A DNA stretch of 64,000 bases from an uncultured bacterium (GTDB taxonomy: Bacteria > Babelota > Babeliae > Babelales > Vermiphilaceae). This document shows, piece by piece, positions 1 through 8,435 of the stretch; the stretch's first letter is position 1, and every line of letters begins with the position of its first letter. A program made the position numbers and the translations under genes. The stretch lies in assembly GCA_963702025.1 (NCBI GenBank), contig OY969699.1, positions 544,001-608,000 of the forward strand, written 5' to 3'. Under the pieces are notes generated by a model that worked only from the letters and a program-made list of their open reading frames with translations, was not told the origin of the DNA and made no database searches.

Positions 1-800
1 AGAGCGGTTCGGCGTACTAGCGGCATTCCTGGTCTATAACGAATTGAACCACCAACCGCATCCAAATCCGCACCATAGCCTAAAAGGATTTCCGCGGCTT
101 CAACGTTATCGTCTGCACATGCATACATTAAAGGGGTAGTTTTAGATTCACCAATGCCATTCTGGCTCGCCTTATGATCCAGCAAAAGTGATAGCATCCT
201 TTGATCATCATTATCGATCGCTATAAATAATGCATTTTGACTAATTTTATTTACCTCGTTGATATCCGCAACAGAACGATCAAGCATATCTTTTACTAAT
301 GCATATTCTTTGTTTTTTATCAGATTCATCAATAATGTGTTGCCTTTGTCATCCCGTACACTGCGAATTTGAGGTACCTTTTTAAGAAAATCTACGATCT
401 CTGATTTTTTACCTTTGCGTGCTTTTTTAACTAACCATGAAATGGTTGAATCGCAATCGGACTGTTTAGCAAAAAAGTTTTCAAACCATTCTTTTGCGCC
501 TTTGGTACTTACTTGGTAAGCAACCTCTTCTATGCAATCAGCGGGGCAATATTTAAAAAGATAATTGATGAGAGCGCGCGTAGATTCCGTGTCATTGTAA
601 AGTGCATTAGTATCTTTAGACACGCAAGCAAGTGCTCTAAAATCTTTACCTATGGATTTTAGATCTCTACCTTTGACAAGATAATGCTCAATACTTGGGC
701 CTTCCAGTCTCTTTTTAAATTCTTCGTATTTTTTTTCCATGCCATGTGCAAATGGTATTAACACTGAGCAGGCAATTAAACTAATTCGTTTCAAATTCAT
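1..800 (-). CDS. Signal-peptide ankyrin-repeat protein, 3' end outside the window
   Basis: Own translation from the ATG at 800: MNLKRISLIACSVLIPFAHG-MEKKYEE, later ankyrin-like motifs (GNTLLMNLI, TTPLMYACADDNVEAAEILL). RBS GGAGG upstream. Not in the ORF track because it is truncated. Confidence 0.8.
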   Translation of the reverse strand, partial: MNLKRISLIACSVLIPFAHGMEKKYEEFKKRLEGPSIEHYLVKGRDLKSIGKDFRALACVSKDTNALYNDTESTRALINYLFKYCPADCIEEVAYQVSTKGAKEWFENFFAKQSDCDSTISWLVKKARKGKKSEIVDFLKKVPQIRSVRDDKGNTLLMNLIKNKEYALVKDMLDRSVADINEVNKISQNALFIAIDNDDQRMLSLLLDHKASQNGIGESKTTPLMYACADDNVEAAEILLGYGADLDAVGGSIRYRPGMPLVRRTA

Positions 801-814
801 TATATTTTCCTCCA

Positions 815-2560
815 TTATTCATTAATTAATTCTTCCAAAGTTACGTGCCATGCTTCATTATTCAGATACTCGTTAAGCAATTGCTCGGGAGATCTTTCTT
901 CAATGCAACGGTGGTAACATACCTTGTTTTCCGGATCGATTGCATAGCCGTAAATTACAAAAGTTTTTTGTCCATTTTTTTCAATATGGCCGGGCAATGC
1001 GATAAACCAGGTATCTTTGCCATTTTTATCTTTTATAATTTGGCATGATCCATATTCACGAGCGAATTTATCAATATCGATGCTAAAGCCATGATACGCG
1101 GCTGCTGTATCATGAAACTTATATTTTGGATTATTCGGATCATTATATCCTTGATTTTGTAATGCCAGTTTTGCATCTTTAAACCATGCAAAATTACGAG
1201 CATGATAGGCAAAATCAGGAATTTTATTTTTTTGTTTTACTGATAAATAAGCATACAAGTTTATATTATGCATGGGATCGTGGATGCATTGAATGTTTGT
1301 TTGAACAATCTTCTTTTTAGGTTCTTTTAGTTGCCCAATTTTTATTGGTTCAGTTACTGTCTGCACAGCTGGTGCAGTGAAGGATTGTTGTTGTTTTTTT
1401 TCTGGTTTTTTTCGACTATTTTTTTTCTTGCCTTTTGATTTTTTGATAGACGTAGCACTCCCACTTTCTTCTTTTTGTATTATTGAAGTAACTTTTTCTT
1501 TATTTTCTTCAAGAGATTCTAAAGGTGAAAAGTTGTTTGGCAGATTTTGCTGTCCATTGAGCGAAGGATAAATTTTTTTGTTAAGCTCCAATAGAAGTCT
1601 CATGCCATCCTTTGCTAATTTTATATTCCCTATCTTTTGATGCAATTTTGTATTTAATTCTTCTTTCATCGCGCGATATAAATTGGCTATTTTGGGTCTT
1701 TCTTTTACATATTCATCATAAAATTCACTTACCCTCTGTTTGCTTTCTTCATCCCATTTTTCTTGATCTGTTATAATGGGAACCTTATTGAACGTTGTCA
1801 AAAACTTGGATGAAGAAATATTTTTAAGCCTATTTTTTTCCGTTTCTGGGATGGAAAAAGGCACAGGCGAATTAGTGATTTTTACATAGTGATTAATTAA
1901 TGGGTTAAGTCCATCATGTTCCATATTGTTTTTTTTGTTTTCAATAATGGACACAAATGATTTATCAGAGAATAAAGCCCCGGCGAAATGACTATAATTT
2001 TCTTGAAGTCTATTTAATTCTTCATAATTATTGAAATAGTCTTGATAAGTAGTAAAAGCTGTTGCTATTTTTTTTGCCGCTGGAGTATTAACAATATCTA
2101 AATGAGCTATTATGCTACTTAATGATGAGGGATTTTTAATAAAGCTACTAATTGATTCCAAAGCCAATGAAATATATTCGGGTTCCTGCAGTGATTCCTT
2201 GTCTTGGCAAAAGTATCCGAATATATATTTTTCATATCTTTTCTCAGTACTAATCGATTGATTTGCATATGTTTCATTAATCGCTTTAATATGATTTGGT
2301 GCAATATCATTGATTTGAGATTTCATCTTATCACCTAATGATGTAGTTTTCTTAGAAAAAAAATAATATTCATCTTGTGCCGCAAGAAAATTTGTCTGCG
2401 TAACAAGATGAGCTATATATGTATCTAAATCATTTTTTTTGTATCCAATTATTTCCTGAATATCTTTTTGGGAATATGTTTTGGCCTCTGGCTTTTCCAT
2501 GCCAAAAGCTGGTGCGCCTAAAAGGGCGCCTAAAATAAGGGTATATTTGATACTTTTCAT
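815..2560 (-). CDS. Secreted hypothetical protein with Lys-rich NLS-like segment
   Basis: Long ORF. Likely start MKSIKY with GGAGG RBS. Signal peptide ending AFG-MEKP. Basic patch KKSKGKKKNSRKK. Confidence 0.75.
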   Translation of the reverse strand: MKSIKYTLILGALLGAPAFGMEKPEAKTYSQKDIQEIIGYKKNDLDTYIAHLVTQTNFLAAQDEYYFFSKKTTSLGDKMKSQINDIAPNHIKAINETYANQSISTEKRYEKYIFGYFCQDKESLQEPEYISLALESISSFIKNPSSLSSIIAHLDIVNTPAAKKIATAFTTYQDYFNNYEELNRLQENYSHFAGALFSDKSFVSIIENKKNNMEHDGLNPLINHYVKITNSPVPFSIPETEKNRLKNISSSKFLTTFNKVPIITDQEKWDEESKQRVSEFYDEYVKERPKIANLYRAMKEELNTKLHQKIGNIKLAKDGMRLLLELNKKIYPSLNGQQNLPNNFSPLESLEENKEKVTSIIQKEESGSATSIKKSKGKKKNSRKKPEKKQQQSFTAPAVQTVTEPIKIGQLKEPKKKIVQTNIQCIHDPMHNINLYAYLSVKQKNKIPDFAYHARNFAWFKDAKLALQNQGYNDPNNPKYKFHDTAAAYHGFSIDIDKFAREYGSCQIIKDKNGKDTWFIALPGHIEKNGQKTFVIYGYAIDPENKVCYHRCIEERSPEQLLNEYLNNEAWHVTLEELINE

Positions 2561-2653
2561 AAAATCCTCCATTTTCGTCAAAAACAGTATTTATTATTTA
2601 ATAATAGCAAATATTTTCTAATTGTAAAGTGGGGATTTTATAGGTAAATCAGA

Positions 2654-2680
2654 AAAAAAGGGGTCATTTTAGGACCCCTC
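2654..2680 (-). terminator. Intrinsic terminator
   Basis: AGGGGTC/GACCCCT hairpin with an A-tract on + (U-tract on -), downstream of the 2699..3331 gene. Confidence 0.6.
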
Positions 2681-2698
2681 CATATGATAAGTTATTGA

Positions 2699-3331
2699 TT
2701 AGAATTTCGGCAAAATAGGCTGGTTTTCGCCCTTATTATAGCCCTTAGGCTGGAATTTTACTGGTTTAGGTTCAACACGATAACGAATATCGCCCTGAAT
2801 ATTGATAAATACCTCGATACTATGCTCATCGCTGTTAAAAAGCTCGAATCTACGTGCAGGGGCCTGAACCCTGAAGGTATAGCTTTCCCCACGCCCTATA
2901 TTAACAACGTCTCCGGCAGGAATATCCTTGCTTTCGCCACCTTCTAGGCCTTGAACAGTGATAGTATTATTTGTTTTATTGCGAATTGCCCAATATCGAA
3001 CTCCTTTGGTGTCCCACCACATACCTTTATAGAGATATCCCCTAAATTGAGAATCATTGCGGGGTCCACAAGGGGGCAGGTACCAGAAATCTATTTTCGT
3101 GTTGTCTTTAAATGAGTCATAATCGCCGGGCAAAGGGCGAGGAAATGGGCCACAATAAGGATAGCTATTACAAAAACAGGGAGCGCATGCTGATACGCAC
3201 GGGGTGCATTTTGAGATGCAGGTTCTATTATTGCAGACTGTATTACGATAACGGGTTGCATGAATCATTGATGAGGTACCAATTATACTGATTAGTATCA
3301 TAAATCGGATTATGTTTTTTTTCATCCTCAT
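2699..3331 (-). CDS. Secreted hypothetical protein with Cys-rich N-terminus
   Basis: Signal peptide followed by a Cys cluster (CNNRTCISKCTPCVSACAPCFC). Confidence 0.7.
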   Translation of the reverse strand: MRMKKNIIRFMILISIIGTSSMIHATRYRNTVCNNRTCISKCTPCVSACAPCFCNSYPYCGPFPRPLPGDYDSFKDNTKIDFWYLPPCGPRNDSQFRGYLYKGMWWDTKGVRYWAIRNKTNNTITVQGLEGGESKDIPAGDVVNIGRGESYTFRVQAPARRFELFNSDEHSIEVFINIQGDIRYRVEPKPVKFQPKGYNKGENQPILPKF

Positions 3332-3336
3332 TCCTT

Positions 3337-3362
3337 AGGGTGGCTCTTTATAGCCACCCTAT
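3337..3362. terminator. Hairpin (terminator or attenuator) between two co-oriented genes
   Basis: TAGGGTGGCT-ctttat-AGCCACCCTA perfect 10-bp stem, directly adjacent to the start region of the 2699..3331 gene. Confidence 0.5.
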
Positions 3363-3374
3363 TTAACTATTTTT

Positions 3375-3650
3375 TTATCGTGGCGAGTTGTATACCTCTC
3401 GCTCAAATCCTGAAGTGTTTGGTTGTTCAGAGATTTCGGTTAAATTCGGCTTAACTCGGTAATCGGCGCCCATATCATATCGTATCCAAGCGCCCGGATC
3501 CACTTTGTTTGACCAGTAGAATTCCGGCATTGTATCACTTGATCGCTCAAAGCATTCACCATTAGGGCAATTTTCATATTCCATAGCGTTGCTTAGGAGC
3601 GATACCGACAGGAAGGCCAATAAGAGCGTTAAAGATATGCCCTTATTCAT
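3375..3650 (-). CDS. Small secreted hypothetical protein
   Basis: Signal peptide ending SNA-MEYE. Start overlaps the stop of the upstream gene. Confidence 0.7.
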   Translation of the reverse strand: MNKGISLTLLLAFLSVSLLSNAMEYENCPNGECFERSSDTMPEFYWSNKVDPGAWIRYDMGADYRVKPNLTEISEQPNTSGFEREVYNSPR

Positions 3651-3984
3651 TGATAACTCTTACAGCTGGTTGGTTATCATCGTAGTAGTCATCGTAGCCA
3701 TCATCTATTATTTCGTCAGCAATTATGCCGCCGGCCAATGCGCCACCATAGTAGCCACCGTAGCCACCACCGCGATAGTAGCCGCCACGTCCATAACCAC
3801 CATAGCCGCCGCGATTAAAGCCACCGCCATGACCAAAACCGCCATGCCCGCCACCAAAACCGCCATGTCCGCCGCCAAAATGTCCACCGCCGCCGTGTCC
3901 ACCGCCACCACGTGCAACAACCATACTGCTCATGCCCGCAACAAGTGCAAGCATCACTATCATTAATACTTTATTATTCTTCAT
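3643..3984 (-). CDS. Secreted glycine-rich protein
   Basis: Signal peptide, GGGHGG repeats, acidic Tyr/Asp tail, GGAG RBS. Confidence 0.75.
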   Translation of the reverse strand: MKNNKVLMIVMLALVAGMSSMVVARGGGGHGGGGHFGGGHGGFGGGHGGFGHGGGFNRGGYGGYGRGGYYRGGGYGGYYGGALAGGIIADEIIDDGYDDYYDDNQPAVRVINE

Positions 3985-4018
3985 TTTAGTTCTCCTTTTT
4001 CTTTTTTTTATTTAACAA

Positions 4019-4558
4019 TTAATCACTTATTCCGTCCGTGGTACCTTCTTCTGCGAGAATTTCTTGGTACTCAGGCGCTCCATATTGGTAGTAATAATCA
4101 GGGTAATTAGTTAACCACCATGAAACCGGGTAACCTGCTAATAGCCAAGCGCCGCCAAGGAAAGCCCATCCCCATCCATATCCCCAACCTGCAGGGAATC
4201 CACCCCATCCAGCTGGACCACGACCTGCGTGATTAAAGCGCCCGTTACGAGCTCTGTTGCCACGATTTCCGCGATTTCCTCTGTTGCCACGATTGGCACG
4301 ATTTTTACCCGCATTACTTCTACGGCTTTGTGTTCTGCCACCCGTTCTTCTGCTGCCTCGTGCTGAATGGCTTCCCATACGTCGTGCGCCGCCTCTGCGA
4401 GCGCCACCTCGGCCGCCGGCACGCATGCCGCCTCGGCCGCCACCACGACCTCCACCTCTACCGCCGCCGCCATGTCCACCGCCACCTCGTGCATCAAGCA
4501 AGCTGCATGATGCGATGAACATCATAAATGCTATAATTTTTCTCATTCTTGGATTCAT
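4019..4558 (-). CDS. Secreted Gly/Arg-rich (RGG/RGN) protein with Trp/Tyr-rich C-terminal domain
   Basis: Likely start MNPRMRK with AGGAG RBS. RGGG and RGN repeats. C-terminal FPAGWGYGW...NYPDYY. Confidence 0.75.
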   Translation of the reverse strand: MNPRMRKIIAFMMFIASCSLLDARGGGGHGGGGRGGGRGGGRGGMRAGGRGGARRGGARRMGSHSARGSRRTGGRTQSRRSNAGKNRANRGNRGNRGNRGNRARNGRFNHAGRGPAGWGGFPAGWGYGWGWAFLGGAWLLAGYPVSWWLTNYPDYYYQYGAPEYQEILAEEGTTDGISD

Positions 4559-4736
4559 GAATTTTTCTCCTTTTTTCAAATAAACACTTTATGAAATCGA
4601 TTACTCCTCATTAAATTTATAATAGCAATTATTAAGCCTGAAATTCAAGGGTTTTGACATCTTTTATTTAAGGGTAAAATATGGTAGTTTTTAGGGGTCT
4701 TTTCAGGTAAAAAGCAACATTTTTAAGGAGATTTTT

Positions 4737-5408
4737 ATGAATCCTAAGGTAAAGTTATTTTTGTTTGGAGCATGCATAGGCCTAGGTAGCTTGATTTACG
4801 CCCAAATTCCGGTCAAAAAGGCCCTTAAAACTGGCAGAAACACTAGTATTAACGGGGTAGATTCAGTTTTTATTGAACGCTGGTCGCCAAGAGCGATGGC
4901 GGGCAAAGCTATCTGTGATCAGGATTTGATGGCTCTTTTTGAGGCTGCGCGCTGGGCTCCCTCTTCATATAACGAGCAGCCTTGGCGATTTATTTATGCA
5001 AAACGAGGAACTCCTGCTTGGGATAGGCTGTTTAATTTATTGGTCCCTTTTAACCAAGAATGGTGTAAAAATGGTGCAGCATTAGTAGTCATGATATCCA
5101 AAAAAACAGCTTCGCGAGGCGGGCTCAACCAGTTGCATTCATTCGACACCGGATCTGCGTGGGAAAATCTTGCATTGCAAGGATCATTCAAGGGTTTAGT
5201 GGTTCATGGCATGGGCGGATTTGATTATGAAAAGGCGCGCGCCGTTCTTGGAATTCCCAGCGATTACGCTGTTGAGGCGATGTGTGTGATTGGCCATCCG
5301 GCACCCGCAGATGTTTTGCCCGATTATTTGCGCGAAATGGAAAAGCCATCGGATAGAAAATCACTTGATCAGATTGTGGCTGAAGGCAGTTTTGCTTTTA
5401 AGGAATAA
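4737..5408 (+). CDS. Nitroreductase family protein with signal-like N-terminus
   Basis: RWSPRAM, EAARWAPSSYNEQPWRF and HGMGGFD nitroreductase motifs. Confidence 0.9.
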   Translation: MNPKVKLFLFGACIGLGSLIYAQIPVKKALKTGRNTSINGVDSVFIERWSPRAMAGKAICDQDLMALFEAARWAPSSYNEQPWRFIYAKRGTPAWDRLFNLLVPFNQEWCKNGAALVVMISKKTASRGGLNQLHSFDTGSAWENLALQGSFKGLVVHGMGGFDYEKARAVLGIPSDYAVEAMCVIGHPAPADVLPDYLREMEKPSDRKSLDQIVAEGSFAFKE

Positions 5409-5467
5409 AAGGTTCCTAAATGCTAATTCGAGCTAAAAACTAAGAAAAAAACGCAAATTGAAAAAGG

Positions 5468-5652
5468 CCGCTCGTGGTGAGTGCGAGCCCTTCGACCTTG
5501 CTCAGGACAGGCTCCGCGAGCGTACCCGTCCGCCGAAGCTTTAGCGTAGGCTGGATCGAACCATGCGGCCTTAAAAAGAAATTTTGTTGATGAATATTTA
5601 TTAAACCCGCATGGTTCGATACGCAGCCTGCGGCTGCACTCACCACGAGCGG
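5468..5652. repeat. Inverted palindromic repeat doublet with nested repeat insertions
   Basis: Left arm CCGCTCGTGGTGAGTGC...TCGAACCATGCGG and right arm CCGCATGGTTCGATAC...CACTCACCACGAGCGG are reverse complements. The left arm carries two inserts (about 5488-5508 and 5530-5554). Confidence 0.85.
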
Positions 5653-5692
5653 GTTTTATGATTAACTTTTCAATTCTTAAGTTCGAAGTAAC

Positions 5693-6220
5693 TTACTTAC
5701 TCTGCAATTCCCGCACAATTGCATCAGCAAAATCATTGGCAGCACTTGGATCGGTCGCGGTAATAAAACCTTGATCTATCACCACCGGCGCGCTCTCATA
5801 GATCACGCCGTATTCATCATAGATTTCACCCAGTTCATCGTCGCCGTTCCAACCGGTTGCCGCAATGCCATCCAAAACACTTGCGTGTGCCAAAATTCGT
5901 GTCGCTATGCAAATAGCAGCAACCAGTTTGCCAAGATCAACTGCTTCGGTTATCAATTGATAGCTTATTTGGTTGTCTAAATTATCGAGAGTGCCTGGTC
6001 CGCCGACAAAAATTATTGCATCATAATCGCCGGCAATTACTTGTTCCACGGTGAGATCAACTTTTGTGGTGCTTTTATCTTTTGCAGTTGCCGTGCCGGG
6101 TTTATTGCTGGCAGTCACCACGAGAAAGCCGGCCTGCGTTAATGCTTTTTTGGGAATCTGATATTCGATTTGTTGATATCCGTCATGGGCTACTACTATC
6201 AAAACTTTGCGATGAGCCAT
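5693..6220 (-). CDS. DJ-1/PfpI family protein
   Basis: YDAIIFVGGPG and AAICIA (nucleophile Cys) motifs. Confidence 0.9.
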   Translation of the reverse strand: MAHRKVLIVVAHDGYQQIEYQIPKKALTQAGFLVVTASNKPGTATAKDKSTTKVDLTVEQVIAGDYDAIIFVGGPGTLDNLDNQISYQLITEAVDLGKLVAAICIATRILAHASVLDGIAATGWNGDDELGEIYDEYGVIYESAPVVIDQGFITATDPSAANDFADAIVRELQSK

Positions 6221-6291
6221 AGTTATCCTTTTTTGTGAGTTCCTCGAATTATATTCTGCATAATAATCGCATAGAATTTACTGTCAACCAT

Positions 6292-6325
6292 AAAAAAGGG
6301 CCGATTAATATCAGCCCTTTCTTTC
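6292..6325. terminator. Intrinsic terminator
   Basis: AAAAAAGGGCCGAT-taat-ATCAGCCCTTT hairpin flanked by A/T tracts, downstream of 6339..6917. Confidence 0.6.
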
Positions 6326-6338
6326 TTTAGGTTTTCAA

Positions 6339-6917
6339 CTATCTCTTCTTAATGAGCTTAGTAACTTCGTGAACTGGAACGCCTGCTTTAGTTGCTTCAG
6401 GACGAACTACGTCTCTATAATAAGCCGGATAATTTTCTTTCCACCAATTGAGATCATAACCGGCAAAGAGCCATTGACCATTTACCCATTTACCTACCCA
6501 ACCGTATGTCCAGTTTGCAGGGAAGTTATGTTTTTCAAAGAATTCTGCAGGTCCACGGTGATGCACTTCTCCAGCTACCGCTTTTGTAGTCACTGCGCTT
6601 GCTGCTGTCGCGCCACCAAGTCCGAGCCATTTTGACCAGCCAGCTTTAGTGGTTCCCGTTTGGGCTACCGGGGTGGCCTGTGTTCTTGGTGTATATTGTT
6701 TTACTGTTGTCGGTGCTTGTTTTGCATGAGATTTTGTGTAGTGATGTTTTTTGTCTTTTGCATTGTGTTCGTGATCTTTTTTGTGCGCATGCTTTTTATG
6801 TTCATGCATTTTATCTTTTGCATGTTTTTTATGTTTTACCGGTTCCTCTTGCCCTTGCGTAGGCAAAACTGCGCCACCTGCGATTGCTAGAGCGCTTATT
6901 AATAATAACTTCTTCAT
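6339..6917 (-). CDS. Secreted His/Lys-rich protein with Trp/Tyr-rich C-terminal domain
   Basis: Signal peptide, HKKHAK repeats, C-terminal domain similar to that of 4019..4558. Confidence 0.75.
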   Translation of the reverse strand: MKKLLLISALAIAGGAVLPTQGQEEPVKHKKHAKDKMHEHKKHAHKKDHEHNAKDKKHHYTKSHAKQAPTTVKQYTPRTQATPVAQTGTTKAGWSKWLGLGGATAASAVTTKAVAGEVHHRGPAEFFEKHNFPANWTYGWVGKWVNGQWLFAGYDLNWWKENYPAYYRDVVRPEATKAGVPVHEVTKLIKKR

Positions 6918-7035
6918 TTGTTCTCCTTTAGTTCTCTTATCTTTTGGGTTTATGATACTTATACTACAATTTCACAATAGCAATAAGTAGCAATAAAAAT
7001 CAATAGAATAATTGATTTTTATATCTTATTAATTG

Positions 7036-7065
7036 TTGACAGATAGAATCAGGATTCCTTATGCT
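7036..7065 (+). promoter_or_regulatory. Putative sigma70 promoter
   Basis: TTGACA-18 nt-TATGCT upstream of 7110. Confidence 0.4.
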
Positions 7066-7109
7066 TAAGATGTAGTAATTACCAAAAGTTGACCACAGGG
7101 GAAATAAAG

Positions 7110-7274
7110 ATGGCAAAAGCAAAAAAGCAGCGTAAAAAGACTGAGAAAAGAATTAAAAAAGTTTTATTTGATGAAGCACATCCAGTTGATGCAAAAACAG
7201 ACGCTCAAAAGAAAAAATATGCACGAGCTCTTCGGCGCAAGCGAGAAGAAGGATTTCCTCGCCGTTCGTCCTGA
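7110..7274 (+). CDS. Small basic hypothetical protein
   Basis: ATG at 7110 after a GGGG RBS-like run. Lys/Arg-rich. The stop codon lies inside a repeat unit. Confidence 0.55.
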   Translation: MAKAKKQRKKTEKRIKKVLFDEAHPVDAKTDAQKKKYARALRRKREEGFPRRSS

Positions 7275-7317
7275 GTAGCCCGTCGAAGTTTTAACGAAGG
7301 CTGGGCGTATCGAAGGA
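7262..7317 (+). repeat. Palindromic repeat unit with nested second-family insert
   Basis: CCGTTCGTCCTGAGTA-[GCCCGTCGAAGTTTTAACGAAGGCTGGGC]-GTATCGAAGGA. Confidence 0.8.
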
Positions 7318-8322
7318 TCAAAATTTACCGTTTTCAGGTTTTTTATAGCGCGCCGAATAGACTGTTACTGATTCATTGCCTAAGCTCGCAGTTACACAAA
7401 TTGCAGGGAAAGTAAAAGTGTCTTTACTAATAACCGTTTCTAAGGGTGTAAGTTGAATTGTAGCACTTTTTCCTAAAGAAATGGTTCGCTCATTCGCATA
7501 AATTCGAATCAGTTTGCATCCGGTGCGATTACACTGCTCCAGTAATTTTCTATAGCTGAACCACCAATAGCGGGGCAATGTGCCTTCCCACCAGACTAAA
7601 TAAATATTTTTTATCGTTATTTTTTCAAGCAGGCTAGTCAATGCATCAAAAATAATGCGATTCGGTTGAGCAATGATAAAATGATCAATGATGCTACAGC
7701 CATACTGTTTTGCCAAATGTGGCAATAATGTATATTCGCACCATGATGGCCCGGAAAGTCTTCTACCAATAACTCCTGGATCAATAATGCAGGTTTGCTT
7801 ATCCGTGTGTAGGATAGTTACTGCGCCATTATTGCAATCGAGTGTAGTAATAGCATCAGGTTGCTTATTGCACCAAGTGCCATAGGCAAAAATAATAGTT
7901 AAAAAGAGACCGTAACAAAGTATCGCAACAATGCGATGCTTGATAATTTTTGCATGCAATATTGCGAGCGCGCCCAGAGGGATAATAATGGCAACAAGGA
8001 GTGGTGGCATGGGAAGTGCCCACAACATGTGTGGCGTGCCCCAACTCATTGTTTTGAGCCAAAGATCGGTAACCCATTCAAGACACATAATTAAAATACC
8101 GTTAGGAACATGGAGTATTTCGAAGAAAAAAATAAGCGATGAGAAAAGTAAAAAAACAGATAAAAGCGGGCCAAAAAAGAAATTACCTGCAAAGGTGAGC
8201 AAAGAGATGGGCATGCCCCACGAGACCAAAATGGGCAGAGAAATCAGGGTAATAAAAAGTTGAATATGGACAAATTTGATGATATTTGTGCCGATTTTAT
8301 GCAGGTATTTTGCGAGTTTCAT
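7318..8322 (-). CDS. ComEC/Rec2-related membrane protein with degenerate beta-lactamase-like C-terminal domain
   Basis: Multi-TM N-terminus (QLFITLISLPIL...FAGNFF), then IIDPG...LLPHL...G...IDHFII as in ComEC. The HxDxDH motif is lost. Confidence 0.6.
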   Translation of the reverse strand: MKLAKYLHKIGTNIIKFVHIQLFITLISLPILVSWGMPISLLTFAGNFFFGPLLSVFLLFSSLIFFFEILHVPNGILIMCLEWVTDLWLKTMSWGTPHMLWALPMPPLLVAIIIPLGALAILHAKIIKHRIVAILCYGLFLTIIFAYGTWCNKQPDAITTLDCNNGAVTILHTDKQTCIIDPGVIGRRLSGPSWCEYTLLPHLAKQYGCSIIDHFIIAQPNRIIFDALTSLLEKITIKNIYLVWWEGTLPRYWWFSYRKLLEQCNRTGCKLIRIYANERTISLGKSATIQLTPLETVISKDTFTFPAICVTASLGNESVTVYSARYKKPENGKF

Positions 8323-8435
8323 GAATCAATTTTACCTTTCTTTTAGGCTATTGTCTTGTTTTTATTAAAATCATTGAATAAAAAGGAGTAACTCATCTAT
8401 AATTACAAGTAGAGTTAAACAATTGAGGAATAATA

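Noticed and set aside
3589..4583. Plus-strand Ala/Thr- and Pro-rich ORFs
   Set aside because: Shadows of the GC-rich Gly codons of the minus-strand genes, which have an RBS and signal peptides.
5440..5646. 68-aa ORF containing PTLKLRR and PVLSKVEG
   Set aside because: Translation of the nested palindromic repeat. No RBS or other coding evidence.
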